Positions 11,194-21,880 are shown, numbered from the stretch's first letter. The stretch is 60,591 nucleotides of DNA from Oculatellaceae cyanobacterium bins.114 (GCA_033764315.1 JANRJA010000097.1:1-60591); one strand, 5' to 3'. The notes: generated from the letters alone by a model not told the origin. Translations and numbers: made by a program.

Positions 11194-14058
11194 TTATTTT
11201 GCGGTTGATGGCTGAATCGGAAGCTCAATGATGAACTCTGCCCCATCTCCTGGTGTGGATTGACAGCGAATCTGCCCACCATGACGCTCAACCACAATTT
11301 GGTGACTGATAGACATTCCTAGCCCCGTGCCTTTGCCAATTTCCTTGGTTGTAAAGAAAGGATCAAAGACTCGCTGGAGCACCTCTTGAGTCATGCCTGG
11401 GCCATTGTCTTTGATCGAGACAGAAACGTGGCTCTCGTTGCAGACTTGAGTCCGGATTGTAATCGTAGGGGTGAAATGGGTTTTGACTTTGTGATTATTA
11501 GTCTTTAATTTGATCGGGTTCCGTCCTCGACTGGGCGTTGTTTCATCTGCATGATCCAAGTCAGAGTTGAGGATGACATACTTCAGGTTTTCTTCTAAGG
11601 CGTCAATAGCATTGCTAAAGATATTCATAAACACCTGATTGAGTTGTCCCGCTGAGCACTTGATTTGAGGCAACTCCCCATAATCTTTGATAATTTGAAT
11701 GGCTGGACGATTTGCCTCTGCTTTGGTGCGGTGTTGCAAAATCATCAACGTGCTGTCGATACCCTCGTGGACATCAACGAGTTTCAACTCGGCTTCGTCT
11801 AACCGAGAGAAGTTTTGTAGCGATCGCACAATTTCGCAAATGCGCTCGGCCCCGACTCGCATCGACGCCATCAGACGAGGCAAGTCTCCCATGATAAAGG
11901 GCAGATCCATTGCCTCAGACTTGGTTTGAATCTCTGGCTCTGGCTCTGGTGTCGCTGTTTGATAGAGTTCTAATAGCTCTAACAGGTCTTTGGTATAGCG
12001 GGTAGCATAGGCTAAGTTGCCGTAGATGAAATTAACTGGGTTGTTAATTTCGTGAGCCACCCCTGCGACTAACTGTCCCAAACTCGACATTTTCTCACTT
12101 TGAACCAGTTGAGTTTGAGCCTGTTGTAACTCGATCAGAGCTTTAGCCAGTTGCTGCGATCGCTCCCGTTCTTTGGCCTCCGATTCTCGCAAAGCTTCTT
12201 CGGCCAACTTGCGTTTGGTGATGTCTTCAACAGTGCCCTCATAGTAGAGCAATTGACCCTCTTCATCTCTGACCGCACGAGCATTTTCAGAGGTCCAGAT
12301 GATACTGCCATCTTTGCGATAGAACTGGGATTCAAAATTGAAAACCGAACCGTACTGTTCTAACAACTGGGCAAATTCGGCACGACGGTTAGGATCAACA
12401 TAGAGTTGGGTTTCAATATCGGTCAGGTGAGTAATTAACTCCTCCTGAGAGTCATAGCCATACATCCGCGCCAATGCCGGGTTAATGCTGATATAGCGGC
12501 CATCTGGGGTAGTTTGAAAAATTCCCTCCGCCGCATTCTCAAAGATGCCACGATATTTTTCCTCTGCCTCCCGCAGAGCTTCTTCGGCTTGCTTGCGTTG
12601 AGTAATATCACGAGCTACCCAAATGACTGAGTTATCGGGCAACGGCGAAATATTAGCGACAAACCAACGTTCTGTCGGCTGGTCATCGGTCGGTTCAGAA
12701 TCGATCAGATTGCTCACCGGGAGGCTATATTCCAGGGTGACTGTTTGCTCAGTTGTGAGTGCGAGTTGAATTTGTTTATAGAAAAGATTGGCAACAGGCA
12801 ACGGCAGAACGTCATAAACAGTCTTGCCAACTCGATCAACCTCTGGTTTATAGTGCACCTCAGAGTTAGTGGCGACCATTTTGAGATAGCGTCCTTGAGC
12901 ATCAAAGACTGTGATCACATCGGTCATTGCGGCAAAGAGTGCCCGCAGTTCAGCTTCTGAGTTTCGCAGAGCCGCTTCCGCGCGTTGTCGTTCAGCAATC
13001 TCAATCACTAACCGACGGTTGAGTTCTTTAAGGGCAGCCGTTCTTTCTTCAACCCGGATCTCTAACTCTTCATTGATCCGCTGGAGGGCTTCTTTGGCTC
13101 GTCTGCGCTCGGTGATGTCTTCGACAGTTCCTTCGTAATACAGCAGATTGCCATCGGTGTCTCTAACTGCATGGGCATTTTCAGCAATCCAGGTAAGGGA
13201 GCCATCCCGTCGATAGACTTGAGATTCAAACCCTACTACCGCATCATTTTCTTGCAGTAATCGGATAAATTCAGAGCGACGTTTAGGGTCAACATAGAGT
13301 TGCTGCTGAACGCTGGTTAGATTGGCGACTAACTCTTCGGGGGAGTCGTATCCATAAATTCTGGCGAGGGCGGGGTTAGCACTGAGATAATAGCCGTCAG
13401 GGGTGGTTTGGAAGATCCCTTCAATGGCGTTCTCAAAAATGCTGCGATATTTTTCTTCTGCCTCGCGCAAGGCTTGCTCTGCCCGATGTCTTTCAGTAAT
13501 GTCAATGCCTACGGCAAAGGCGGCCCGTCCCTGATCGTACTTCTTCATGACGATCAAAAAGTTACGCATCACGCCATGCACTGTGGCAGGCACTTCCTGA
13601 AACGTGTCTTCAGAAGGACTCTCAAAGAAAGCTCGAACAAATTCTGTAAATTGAGAACTAGATTGCAAGAAGCCAATGTCTTGTCCCACAAAAGCATTTG
13701 GCTCTAATCCGTAGGTGCCTGCTAGATAGCGGTTGACACCCAAATAATGCAGGTCTGAACTAATCCAAGACACAATGCCCGGAATGGCTTCTAGGATTGC
13801 TTCTAGCTGATCTTTAGTAGCCCGGAGTGCCTCTTCTGCTTGGTGGCGTTCTGCGACTTCAGCGACGAGTTGCTCATTAGAACCTTGCAACGCGGCTGTT
13901 CGTTCTGCCACCTCGCTCTCAAGATCAGCTTTGAGCTGTTTTAGTTCTTGCTCTATGATTTGGCGATCGCCAACTAGCACCTCCAGTTCAGCAACCTTTT
14001 GGCGCAAAACAGATAGTTCACTAATTAACTGCTCTTTCGATTTTTCGTCGTCTTTCAT
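11194..14058 (-). CDS. Cytoplasmic multi-PAS sensor histidine kinase (ATG at 14058 preferred)
   Basis: Repeated PAS/PAC units (YRSIFENAIEGIFQTTPDG...EDITERR), H-box GVAHEINNP, N-box QVFMNIFSNAIDA, DNGPG, FFTTK, GTGLG; no TM helix. Confidence 0.96.
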   Translation of the reverse strand: MKDDEKSKEQLISELSVLRQKVAELEVLVGDRQIIEQELKQLKADLESEVAERTAALQGSNEQLVAEVAERHQAEEALRATKDQLEAILEAIPGIVSWISSDLHYLGVNRYLAGTYGLEPNAFVGQDIGFLQSSSQFTEFVRAFFESPSEDTFQEVPATVHGVMRNFLIVMKKYDQGRAAFAVGIDITERHRAEQALREAEEKYRSIFENAIEGIFQTTPDGYYLSANPALARIYGYDSPEELVANLTSVQQQLYVDPKRRSEFIRLLQENDAVVGFESQVYRRDGSLTWIAENAHAVRDTDGNLLYYEGTVEDITERRRAKEALQRINEELEIRVEERTAALKELNRRLVIEIAERQRAEAALRNSEAELRALFAAMTDVITVFDAQGRYLKMVATNSEVHYKPEVDRVGKTVYDVLPLPVANLFYKQIQLALTTEQTVTLEYSLPVSNLIDSEPTDDQPTERWFVANISPLPDNSVIWVARDITQRKQAEEALREAEEKYRGIFENAAEGIFQTTPDGRYISINPALARMYGYDSQEELITHLTDIETQLYVDPNRRAEFAQLLEQYGSVFNFESQFYRKDGSIIWTSENARAVRDEEGQLLYYEGTVEDITKRKLAEEALRESEAKERERSQQLAKALIELQQAQTQLVQSEKMSSLGQLVAGVAHEINNPVNFIYGNLAYATRYTKDLLELLELYQTATPEPEPEIQTKSEAMDLPFIMGDLPRLMASMRVGAERICEIVRSLQNFSRLDEAELKLVDVHEGIDSTLMILQHRTKAEANRPAIQIIKDYGELPQIKCSAGQLNQVFMNIFSNAIDALEENLKYVILNSDLDHADETTPSRGRNPIKLKTNNHKVKTHFTPTITIRTQVCNESHVSVSIKDNGPGMTQEVLQRVFDPFFTTKEIGKGTGLGMSISHQIVVERHGGQIRCQSTPGDGAEFIIELPIQPSTAK

Positions 14059-14524
14059 GAGAAATGGTTTTCTACCTTGAGAGAAATGCACCCCTGATTT
14101 CTCTGATTCCTTGAGGTTTAGACCGTTTCCGGATCTTTATCACGGAAGTGGCTGCTGTTAAAGAAAGCTGGCAGAAAACCCTGAAACGCACAGTGCCAAG
14201 TGGTCGTAGCCTCTAAAGATTAATGATGAGTATACGAGAAACGAATGTTTCTAATTGTTGCCTTGAGTACCAATTCTAATGCTGTAACGGCATTAGCGAA
14301 CAGCACTCAACAAAATATGCCAGAGCACCGAGAAAATAGTTGAGTTAGTTGAATAGTACCTGCAATTGGCGATCGCCAACATATCAACTAAATATATTTC
14401 ACCAGGATTAGCGGTTTGATGATGTCATGCTAAACACAATGACGCATTTCTAGCTAGATGTGAGGCGGCTTAGCAGAGTAGAAATGCGGTTAAGGGCACT
14501 TTTTTAGAATATATTCTGCAAAAT

Positions 14525-14632
14525 TGTTGGGAGGTCTCCCGAAATGGAGCACCATTCGATTGAGGTAATCTTCACGCCCCCACGGAAAGACGGACAGTAA
14601 TCAGCCCCCGCGATACTGTCCGTCTTTCTCTT
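14525..14632 (+). ncRNA. Candidate structured small RNA ending in a 15-bp perfect hairpin (alternatively a terminator for the gene at 14713-16293)
   Basis: GAAAGACGGACAGTA (14585-14599) pairs perfectly with TACTGTCCGTCTTTC (14614-14628) around a C-rich loop; two smaller hairpins lie upstream. Confidence 0.4.
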
Positions 14633-14712
14633 ACTGTGGAGTTGGGGTTTGTTTAACCCTTTCCTCTAGAGTATTCGTTTAATTGGAATAATTGGCGAAG
14701 GAATAGTAAAGA

Positions 14713-16293
14713 TCAAGTGAGTGAATAATGAGGATTACTCATTGAACGATGCTGATCCAAGATGGATTGACCATCGACATCGGGTAGAGGCACCTCTAAC
14801 AGGTCAGCAATCGTTGGTGCAAAGTCTGTAACTGAGATTCCATGCTCTAACTGACCGGGCTGCATAGCTGAGCTTACGGCAAAAAACATGCCATTGGGCT
14901 GGTGATCCCCAGTTCGCACCCCTGCAAATGTCTTCTCAAGCATGCCTATTTTAGGGGAGCTTACACGTTGAATGGGTTTTTCTCGATTCCATTCGATTAA
15001 CAAATCAGGAAATGTATCTAAACACTCTCCTTGATAAAGTTCCGCAGTGCGTAGGACTTGTTTGACTAATGGTTTACCCGTATCTAAGTTGATAATTTCC
15101 GTTAAGTCAGAGGTGAGTTGTTCACAGAAGTGGTCATACTCCGCACCTGGATAAATCTGTCCGTTTGGCTCACGCCCCACAAGGTTAATTCGGATCGCCC
15201 CATAGACGTCATTGTTAGGAACTGTAAAACACTTGCGTTGGCTGGCATCAGGCTCTGCCATCGCTTTGCGAAGTGGTTTATCACTTTTCCAGAAGCGATC
15301 GCGTAATGGACTCCAAACAGTCTGTTTCAGAGGTTTCAGAAGCCAACCTAATCCTGCTGCTTCCTCTAAGTTTGTGTTAAGAACCTTAGCAAACTGCTGT
15401 TTTGCAGCGGAGACTTTGATGTTCTCTAAACGGCAAAGAATGTCATCTAACAGAAAAGTGCCATCGTAGTGTGGGCCCATGCCGTGACTGGCAAGAATGA
15501 AAACGTGGGTATCTGGATTAACCTCAGCTAAAAGTTCACCAATTGCCTTATCGAGGGCTTGGTAGACCGCTAAAAGGGGGTCTCCAATCAACTGAACAAC
15601 ATCAGATTGGTGCCTAGGGTGGTGTGGGTCATGTAAATTCCAGCATTGATGACCAACACAATGACTCTCACTAAAAACCGTTAAAAACAGATCCCAATTT
15701 TCCTGATTTAGAAAATGTTTAGATAGGGCTGTTTTAGCTTCAATTCTATGAATCAAGTTGTCTCTAAACTGACGATATCCTTCGACAGTTCGAGAGATTG
15801 TGTTGCAATCTCCAACTGGATCTCGCCCAAACTGGTTTTCTATATCAGCCGCTAAGGTCTCTGGATAGGTATATAATCGCCCAATAAAGTCGGGATCATG
15901 TGTTCCCCAATCCACAATTTGAATGCCATTGAGATTGGGCGTTAAAAACGTTTTAGGAACATCAATGATGCCTACTCGCCGACCTGCATCACTCAAGGTC
16001 TTCCAAAACGGTTCTCCTTTAACGTCTGTAACTTGAGTTTTAAAGGTTCTGTAACTGCCTAACCCCAGCTGAGTGTAACAATATCGCCCATGTCGTATGG
16101 GAGATAACCCCGTTGAGAATGAAGGCCACACAGCTCCAACGTAAAAACCAACGGGATTGTTTGTAATTCCCCACGTAGCTTGTTCTAATAATGCTTTAAA
16201 GGTTGGCAATAACCCGTCTCTTGCCCATAAACGAATGAGTCTTTGATCAGCTGCATCGATGCCAATCATTAAAACTTTAGTTTTTTGGCCCAT
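14713..16293 (-). CDS. Alkaline phosphatase superfamily protein (type I phosphodiesterase/nucleotide pyrophosphatase-like)
   Basis: IGIDAAD, WPSFSTG, SHCVGHQCW, ASHGMG, RTGDH, DFAPTI...DVDG. Confidence 0.88.
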   Translation of the reverse strand: MGQKTKVLMIGIDAADQRLIRLWARDGLLPTFKALLEQATWGITNNPVGFYVGAVWPSFSTGLSPIRHGRYCYTQLGLGSYRTFKTQVTDVKGEPFWKTLSDAGRRVGIIDVPKTFLTPNLNGIQIVDWGTHDPDFIGRLYTYPETLAADIENQFGRDPVGDCNTISRTVEGYRQFRDNLIHRIEAKTALSKHFLNQENWDLFLTVFSESHCVGHQCWNLHDPHHPRHQSDVVQLIGDPLLAVYQALDKAIGELLAEVNPDTHVFILASHGMGPHYDGTFLLDDILCRLENIKVSAAKQQFAKVLNTNLEEAAGLGWLLKPLKQTVWSPLRDRFWKSDKPLRKAMAEPDASQRKCFTVPNNDVYGAIRINLVGREPNGQIYPGAEYDHFCEQLTSDLTEIINLDTGKPLVKQVLRTAELYQGECLDTFPDLLIEWNREKPIQRVSSPKIGMLEKTFAGVRTGDHQPNGMFFAVSSAMQPGQLEHGISVTDFAPTIADLLEVPLPDVDGQSILDQHRSMSNPHYSLT

Positions 16294-16676
16294 GATAACC
16301 TCTTACAAGAATGAGTAGGTGAGTTCTTTCCAAGCCAATAGTTCAAGTTAAAAAGACATCGGGAAGTAGATACCTGAGGGTATTTAGAAATATGTGAGAA
16401 TTCAGAGCTAACCTGATGTTGAATAGAGGCTATTTCTGCTAATAAAAACATTCTTTACAGCTTTGGTCAGACAGCTTAGGACAAAGACAATGGCTCAAAC
16501 ACTGATTCTGGGGGAGTTCTCTGACTTACCTTCACCCTATTAGATGCAGTTATAGCTATAAAACTTTAACTATCCCAAACTGTGATGTCTAGAGGAAGGA
16601 AGAACCCTCATCAATAGGTTAGATTTGAAGGTACAAATATTAAGACGTGATGAGGAACCTATCTAAAAACCTCAAC

Positions 16677-16769
16677 TATAGCAATCCTAAATAGGTTGTG
16701 AGAGTCGCACCCCGGAGGGGTGCGACTCTCACAACCTCCTAATTTCACAAATGATTTAGGACTGCTATA
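16677..16769. mobile_element. 93-bp MITE/REP-like palindromic element
   Basis: Ends TATAGCAATCCTAAAT / ATTTAGGACTGCTATA (15/16 inverted match); internal perfect 21-bp stem 16693-16713 / 16717-16737. Confidence 0.75.
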
Positions 16770-16932
16770 TATTGATGGAGAAGTTTTAACTGTAGTTGGA
16801 GGAGTGCCAAACCACAATCAGGTTGTCTTAAATCTGACTGGAACTCTAAACCTGAGCTTCAAACGACAACCCTATCGAGTTTTCGCCACCGATCAACGAT
16901 TATGGATTCCGCAGAATAGGAGCGATCGCTGA
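16768..16932 (+). pseudogene. Uma2 (DUF820) family endonuclease fragment
   Basis: YIDGEVLTVVGGVPNHNQVVLNLTGTLNLSFKRQPYRVFATDQRLWIP resembles the N-terminal half of cyanobacterial Uma2 proteins; no native start, and it stops before the YPD motif. Confidence 0.7.
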
Positions 16933-16958
16933 TATCTCAACCCATAATACGACTGGCT

Positions 16959-17624
16959 TTACCAGGGCAACACCTCACCATTGGCATGCCAAAACGTACC
17001 TGAATTCTCCAACGTTAACTGATCAATTCGAGTCAATAACCCCTTCACCGATTCCTCTGGTGTAATGCCATTAGTGTTGAAATTTGTCATGCGAGTTTGC
17101 ACCAAACCAGGATGCAAAATCGCTACCGCTATTCCTTGGGGCTTGAGGTCATGAGACAGCGATTTGCCCGCCATCGACAAGGCCACTTTTGACATGCGGT
17201 AGCCATAGGAACCACCAGAGGTGTTGTCAGCGATCGACCCCATCCGACTGGTCATCAGCGCAATCTTAGAACCAGCTTTGAGTTGTGGCAATAGAGCTTG
17301 GGTGAGCCGCAAAGGAGCGATCGCATTGGTTTCAAACTGTTCTCGAATGCTGTCAAAATCCAGATCATCAAGTGTGACCCGCTTGGCAATGCCTGCGTTG
17401 TTGATCAGCACATCGATTTGAGTGTCTTTGAGGCGATCGCACAACTCTCTCACGGATGCCTCTAAGGTTAGATCAATATCTTCTTCAACGCGCACCCCCA
17501 ACTGGCTCAATTCCTCAGAGGCAATGCGACAAACTGCAATAATATGCTCTCCTCGTGCTTGCAGTTGGCGGCAATATTCATAGCCAATGCCGCGATTTGC
17601 ACCTGTGACCAAATAAGTTGCCAT
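16959..17624 (-). CDS. Short-chain dehydrogenase/reductase (CsgA-like)
   Basis: TGANRGIG, INNAG, SRMGS, YGYRMSK, LHPGLVQT. Confidence 0.95.
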   Translation of the reverse strand: MATYLVTGANRGIGYEYCRQLQARGEHIIAVCRIASEELSQLGVRVEEDIDLTLEASVRELCDRLKDTQIDVLINNAGIAKRVTLDDLDFDSIREQFETNAIAPLRLTQALLPQLKAGSKIALMTSRMGSIADNTSGGSYGYRMSKVALSMAGKSLSHDLKPQGIAVAILHPGLVQTRMTNFNTNGITPEESVKGLLTRIDQLTLENSGTFWHANGEVLPW

Positions 17625-17673
17625 GCAAACTCTCAAGACAATAATTTATTAAACCCTATGTACGACTATATCC

Positions 17674-17740
17674 AGATCCCCGGTTTCTAGAGATATAATG
17701 AGGCACCTTTCGGTCAGTTTCAACGAGAAACCGGGGATCT
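17674..17740. repeat. Inverted-repeat element (REP-like)
   Basis: AGATCCCCGGTTTCT (17674-17688) and AGAAACCGGGGATCT (17726-17740): perfect 15-bp inverted repeat. Confidence 0.65.
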
Positions 17741-17752
17741 AAACCCTTGAGT

Positions 17753-18334
17753 TTAATTGGGGTCTCCTACCACTTGATTAGAAGCATCGATCGCGGAACG
17801 AGCATTGAGCGACAGCATGATGCGCGAGATTCCAGTGAAGAGAACACTAGCACCGACCAAAGTTCCTAACAACCAGGGTGCATTAGACGGCCATTGGAAC
17901 CAAACAAAAATACCCAACAAAAGCGTGACAATACCGTTAGCTAATGCCCATGTCCAGTTGTGTTGGGGACGCAAACGAAATGCCAGGATCAGTTCAAATA
18001 CCCCTTCTGTCAGCAAGAAGCCACCTAGCAACAAAGTAATAGTCAGTACCCCTGTTAGAGGATAGACAAACAGCATTAAGCCAGTGGCGACATAGAGGAT
18101 GCCCAGTAACAATTTCCAGACAAAACCCCCCTCAGTGCGAGTTTGAAAAGCATAAACGAGCTTACCTGCGCCCGCAGAAATGAGAATGAAAGCAATCCAA
18201 GTTTCAGCAACGATGGTTGAAAAAGCAGGAAGGGCGATCGCCACAACCCCCAAAATTGTCAAAAGAACACCAATCAGCAGTGAGTTATTCACTTTTTGCT
18301 TGGTGGTGGTGGTGGGAGAAATATCAGTTGTCAT
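17753..18334 (-). CDS. HdeD/DUF308 family membrane protein
   Basis: About six TM helices with GVLLTILGVVAIALP and WPSNAPWLLGTLVGASVLFTG. Confidence 0.88.
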   Translation of the reverse strand: MTTDISPTTTTKQKVNNSLLIGVLLTILGVVAIALPAFSTIVAETWIAFILISAGAGKLVYAFQTRTEGGFVWKLLLGILYVATGLMLFVYPLTGVLTITLLLGGFLLTEGVFELILAFRLRPQHNWTWALANGIVTLLLGIFVWFQWPSNAPWLLGTLVGASVLFTGISRIMLSLNARSAIDASNQVVGDPN

Positions 18335-18473
18335 TCGCAATTTTTCCTTAGCTTGTTGTCATGTTCTACTGAACAGGCTAAGAAATCTTTGAGAAACGGC
18401 ATAGAACCCTAAGGTAGAGTAGGAGCAACGCATTCAGTAAGATAGCCTTGTAATGCCGATTTGATTTTTGACT

Positions 18474-18540
18474 GTGGCAGAAGCTGAGTGGGAGCGTTTC
18501 GCAAAACGCCTGACGAAATCATGTGCCGCGAAGCCAAGTT
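18474..18540. repeat. Dispersed intergenic repeat, copy 1 (inverted relative to 21902-21967)
   Basis: Reverse complement reads TTGGCTTCGCGGCACATGATTTCGTCAGGCGTTTTGCGAAACGCTCCC...TCTGCCAC, matching 21902-21967. Confidence 0.7.
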
Positions 18541-18627
18541 AAATCGGTACACCTTTAGGAAGATCTTTCTACAAGGGTGTCTTATCAGACATCCTTTAAC
18601 GAATGCTTTGCCCCTACAGCGATCGCC

Positions 18628-19866
18628 CTAATTAACCTTAAACGTAGAGGTGATACGTCGCATTGCCTCTTCCACATTGTCGCGGCTATTAAATGCAGAA
18701 ATGCGGAAATAGCCCTCACCAGCAGCACCAAACCCAGAACCAGGCGTTCCAACGACATTGACCGTGTGCAACAACTTATCAAAGAAATCCCAACTGGACA
18801 GGTTATTGGGAGTTTTGACCCACACATAGGGAGCATTCACTCCGCCATAGACTTGCAACCCAGCAGCGGTGAGTTGCTCTCGAATAATTTTGGCATTCTC
18901 CATGTAAAAGCTTACAAGAGCTTGGGTTTGAGCCTTGCCCGATGCGCTATACACGGCCTCTGCTCCTCGCTGCACAATGTAGGACACACCGTTAAATTTG
19001 GTGCTTTGACGACGATTCCACAACTTCCACAACTCTACGTCAGAGCCATCGGCAGCTTTAGCAAGGAGGGATTTTGGCACTACGGTCAAGGCACAACGGG
19101 TGCCGGTGAATCCAGCATTCTTGGAGAAAGACCGGAATTCGATTGCACACTCTCGCGCCCCTTCAATCTCATAAATGGAGTGAGGAATTTCAGGGTCAGT
19201 GATGAACGCTTCGTAAGCTGCATCAAAAAAGATAATGGAACCCTGTGTTCTAGCGTACTCAACCCAAGCTGTGAGGTGCTCTTTAGTCGCAACCGAGCCA
19301 GTAGGATTGTTAGGGAAACACAGATAAATCAAATCAACTTTTTGGGTTGGAATCTCAGCCGTGAAGTGGTTTTCAGCCGTGATGGGTAAGTACACCAGAC
19401 CCTCATATTCCCCTGCTTCATTCACAGGCCCGGTATGCCCTGCCATGACATTGGTATCGACATAGACGGGATACACGGGGTCAGTTACAGCAATAATATT
19501 GTCATTGCCAAAAATATCGAGAATGTTGCCTGTATCGCATTTAGACCCATCTGAAATAAAAATCTCAGAGGCATCAATATCACAGCCTCGTGCTTGAAAA
19601 TCATCAGTGGCGATCTTTTCTCGCAGCCAGGCATAACCCTGCTCTGGCCCGTAGCCCTGAAATGTAGCACGATCGCCCATTTCTTCAACCGCTTTGATCA
19701 TGGCAGTCCGGCAGGCTTCGGGCAACGGTTCAGTGACGTCACCAATGCCCAACCGAATAATTTTGGCATCGGGGTTAGCGGCTGCAAACGTGTTAACCCG
19801 ACGGGCAATTTCAGGAAACAGGTAGCCTGCTTTGAGTTTGAGATAGTTATCGTTGACAGTTGCCAT
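18628..19866 (-). CDS. dapL: LL-diaminopimelate aminotransferase
   Basis: [37 protein letters not shown] lysine [19 protein letters not shown]. Confidence 0.98.
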   Translation of the reverse strand: MATVNDNYLKLKAGYLFPEIARRVNTFAAANPDAKIIRLGIGDVTEPLPEACRTAMIKAVEEMGDRATFQGYGPEQGYAWLREKIATDDFQARGCDIDASEIFISDGSKCDTGNILDIFGNDNIIAVTDPVYPVYVDTNVMAGHTGPVNEAGEYEGLVYLPITAENHFTAEIPTQKVDLIYLCFPNNPTGSVATKEHLTAWVEYARTQGSIIFFDAAYEAFITDPEIPHSIYEIEGARECAIEFRSFSKNAGFTGTRCALTVVPKSLLAKAADGSDVELWKLWNRRQSTKFNGVSYIVQRGAEAVYSASGKAQTQALVSFYMENAKIIREQLTAAGLQVYGGVNAPYVWVKTPNNLSSWDFFDKLLHTVNVVGTPGSGFGAAGEGYFRISAFNSRDNVEEAMRRITSTFKVN

Positions 19867-20008
19867 GATGAAGTCCTACAAACACTGTTGCCTAGTTTTT
19901 CTAAAAAAACCTGCTTTAAGATAGTTTACCGTTCATTTGCAGAATTCCTGCCTAATCCCGATGTCTAAAATTGGAGTGGTCAGTGCGGTAGGATTTTGGT
20001 GTTATTGA

Positions 20009-21238
20009 TCAAGTCTCTTGGCTGCACTTGGCGTTAGATTTGAGGCTCAGTGCATACCAGGCTGTTAACAACGTCAAAACTCCCGTAATCCAAAAAGGTA
20101 CACTGTAATTGATCGTGACTAACAGGCCAGCAACAGCTGGACCCATAGCATTAGAAATGCTCAGGTAAGACGCATTAATGCCCTGTACTTCGCCTTGTTC
20201 GCGATCGCCACTATTCAACGACAAAACCGTGCTAATGAGCGGCATTGGGTAAGAGTTACTGATTCCCAGTGCGATCGCCAATACAACAAATGCAGACAAG
20301 GTTGGAAAGACGGGAATCAACAAAAAGATGAGTGCTCGAACAGCGATCGAAACAGACAAAATATCCGCTAAATTAAAACGATTGGTCAGTGGCTCAACCG
20401 CAAAAACTTGAGTAATCACGCCAGCCACACCAATGATCGTAAAGACGATCGCTAATGTTTGAGCATTTTGGTGAAGTATGTTGAGAAAGAAAGGTTGAAA
20501 CGCAAATGTAAAGATAGTGAATGTGAATCCAGTAAAGAACGTCAACAAAAAAGCATGACCTAACGTAGGACGAACAGCCGAGCGAACAATTTTGTCTAAG
20601 CCAAAAATATGCCAATCGAGGATCAAAGGTCGTCGTTGGGGCAATGTTTCAGGCAATAGAAATAGAGCTAATAGGGTAGTGATTAACGCTATCACTGCCC
20701 CTGCAAAAAAGCTCATGCCCAATGGAGACACACCGGGAAAGGGTGGCAGACCTTGAGCAAAAAAACTGATGGCTGGGCCAGTCACAAACCCCAACCGAAA
20801 GGCCGCATCAAACAAGCCAAATGCTTTAGGGCGTTCAGCGGGTGTGGTCGTGTCACTAATGATGGCTCTGGCGATCGACGTGTTGCCGCCTGTTAGCCCA
20901 TCTAAAATACGAGCAGCAAACAGCAGCCATGCGACCCAAGCATAACTGGCGACCAAGTTGGCTAATACTGTACCAATCAAACTAATGATTAGCAAGGGTT
21001 TGCGTCCCCAAAAGTCTGAAAATCGTCCCAAGATAGGGGTTGCAAAGAACTGAGCGATCGCATAGCTGGTGGTCAACAAACTGGCTTGAAAGTCGGTCAG
21101 TCCAAACTCTTTTGCATACGGATACAACGTTGGAATGATGATCGTAAAGCTGATGGAGTTGATAAACGCAATCAGCGCAATAATCCAAAATTTTGCTGGG
21201 AGATCAAATTTTGCCTTGAAAGCTTGAATCAGGTGCAT
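20009..21238 (-). CDS. MFS transporter (TetA/DHA1-like); ATG at 21238 preferred
   Basis: Motif A GRFSDFWGRKP, ARILDGLTGGN, LPET, about 12 TM helices. Confidence 0.92.
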   Translation of the reverse strand: MHLIQAFKAKFDLPAKFWIIALIAFINSISFTIIIPTLYPYAKEFGLTDFQASLLTTSYAIAQFFATPILGRFSDFWGRKPLLIISLIGTVLANLVASYAWVAWLLFAARILDGLTGGNTSIARAIISDTTTPAERPKAFGLFDAAFRLGFVTGPAISFFAQGLPPFPGVSPLGMSFFAGAVIALITTLLALFLLPETLPQRRPLILDWHIFGLDKIVRSAVRPTLGHAFLLTFFTGFTFTIFTFAFQPFFLNILHQNAQTLAIVFTIIGVAGVITQVFAVEPLTNRFNLADILSVSIAVRALIFLLIPVFPTLSAFVVLAIALGISNSYPMPLISTVLSLNSGDREQGEVQGINASYLSISNAMGPAVAGLLVTINYSVPFWITGVLTLLTAWYALSLKSNAKCSQET

Positions 21239-21511
21239 CCAGGTTGGGGAGTGAAACAGCAACACAGTGGCGATACAGTAGCGATCGTTATTGTCCCTGC
21301 TTATGGGGCTTTGTAGCAATGTTCTAGGTCTACGCCCTAAGACGAAATATTTTTTCTCAGACTGTTTGCCTTAAAACTAAATTGTGCTATATCTAGTTCA
21401 GGAAATGTTTTAACTCAAACATTTCAAGAGCAAACAAGTTTGTATCGCTGAATACCTGAGTTATCCGTCTCAATTTCTTACAGCCTTAACTAACCACCCA
21501 GGAGTAATGTC

Positions 21512-21880
21512 ATGACAACTGATCTGACGACCGATCTAAAAGCTGTTTTTGAAGATATTCAAAGCCTGATTGCACAGGGCAAAATCATGGATATTTTTGA
21601 AAAATACTACGCCGACAATGTAGTAATGCAAGAGAATACAAACCCCCCTACTATCGGCAAAGATGCAAACCGAGAGCGTGAATTAGACTTCTTCAAGAAA
21701 TTAGTTGAATTTCGTAAGGCAGAGCTAAAAGGGGTCGCGTTTGGCGATAATCTGATTATTTCAGAGTGGGACATGGACTACACACACTCTGAATGGGGTA
21801 GTTTGACTTACACTCAAGTTGCAGTGCAACGCTGGCAAGATGGCAAAGTGGTGCACGAACGTTTCTATTACAGCAACTAA
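21512..21880 (+). CDS. SnoaL/NTF2-like protein
   Basis: EKYYADNVVMQEN...QVAVQRWQDGKVVHERFYY; AGGAG RBS. Confidence 0.85.
   Translation: MTTDLTTDLKAVFEDIQSLIAQGKIMDIFEKYYADNVVMQENTNPPTIGKDANRERELDFFKKLVEFRKAELKGVAFGDNLIISEWDMDYTHSEWGSLTYTQVAVQRWQDGKVVHERFYYSN

Noticed and set aside
11194-14058. Possible LOV photoreceptor among the PAS domains
   Set aside because: No NCRFLQ-type motif in any PAS unit
18577-19389. 270-aa ORF antisense to dapL
   Set aside because: Shadow of a highly conserved gene; no recognisable domain
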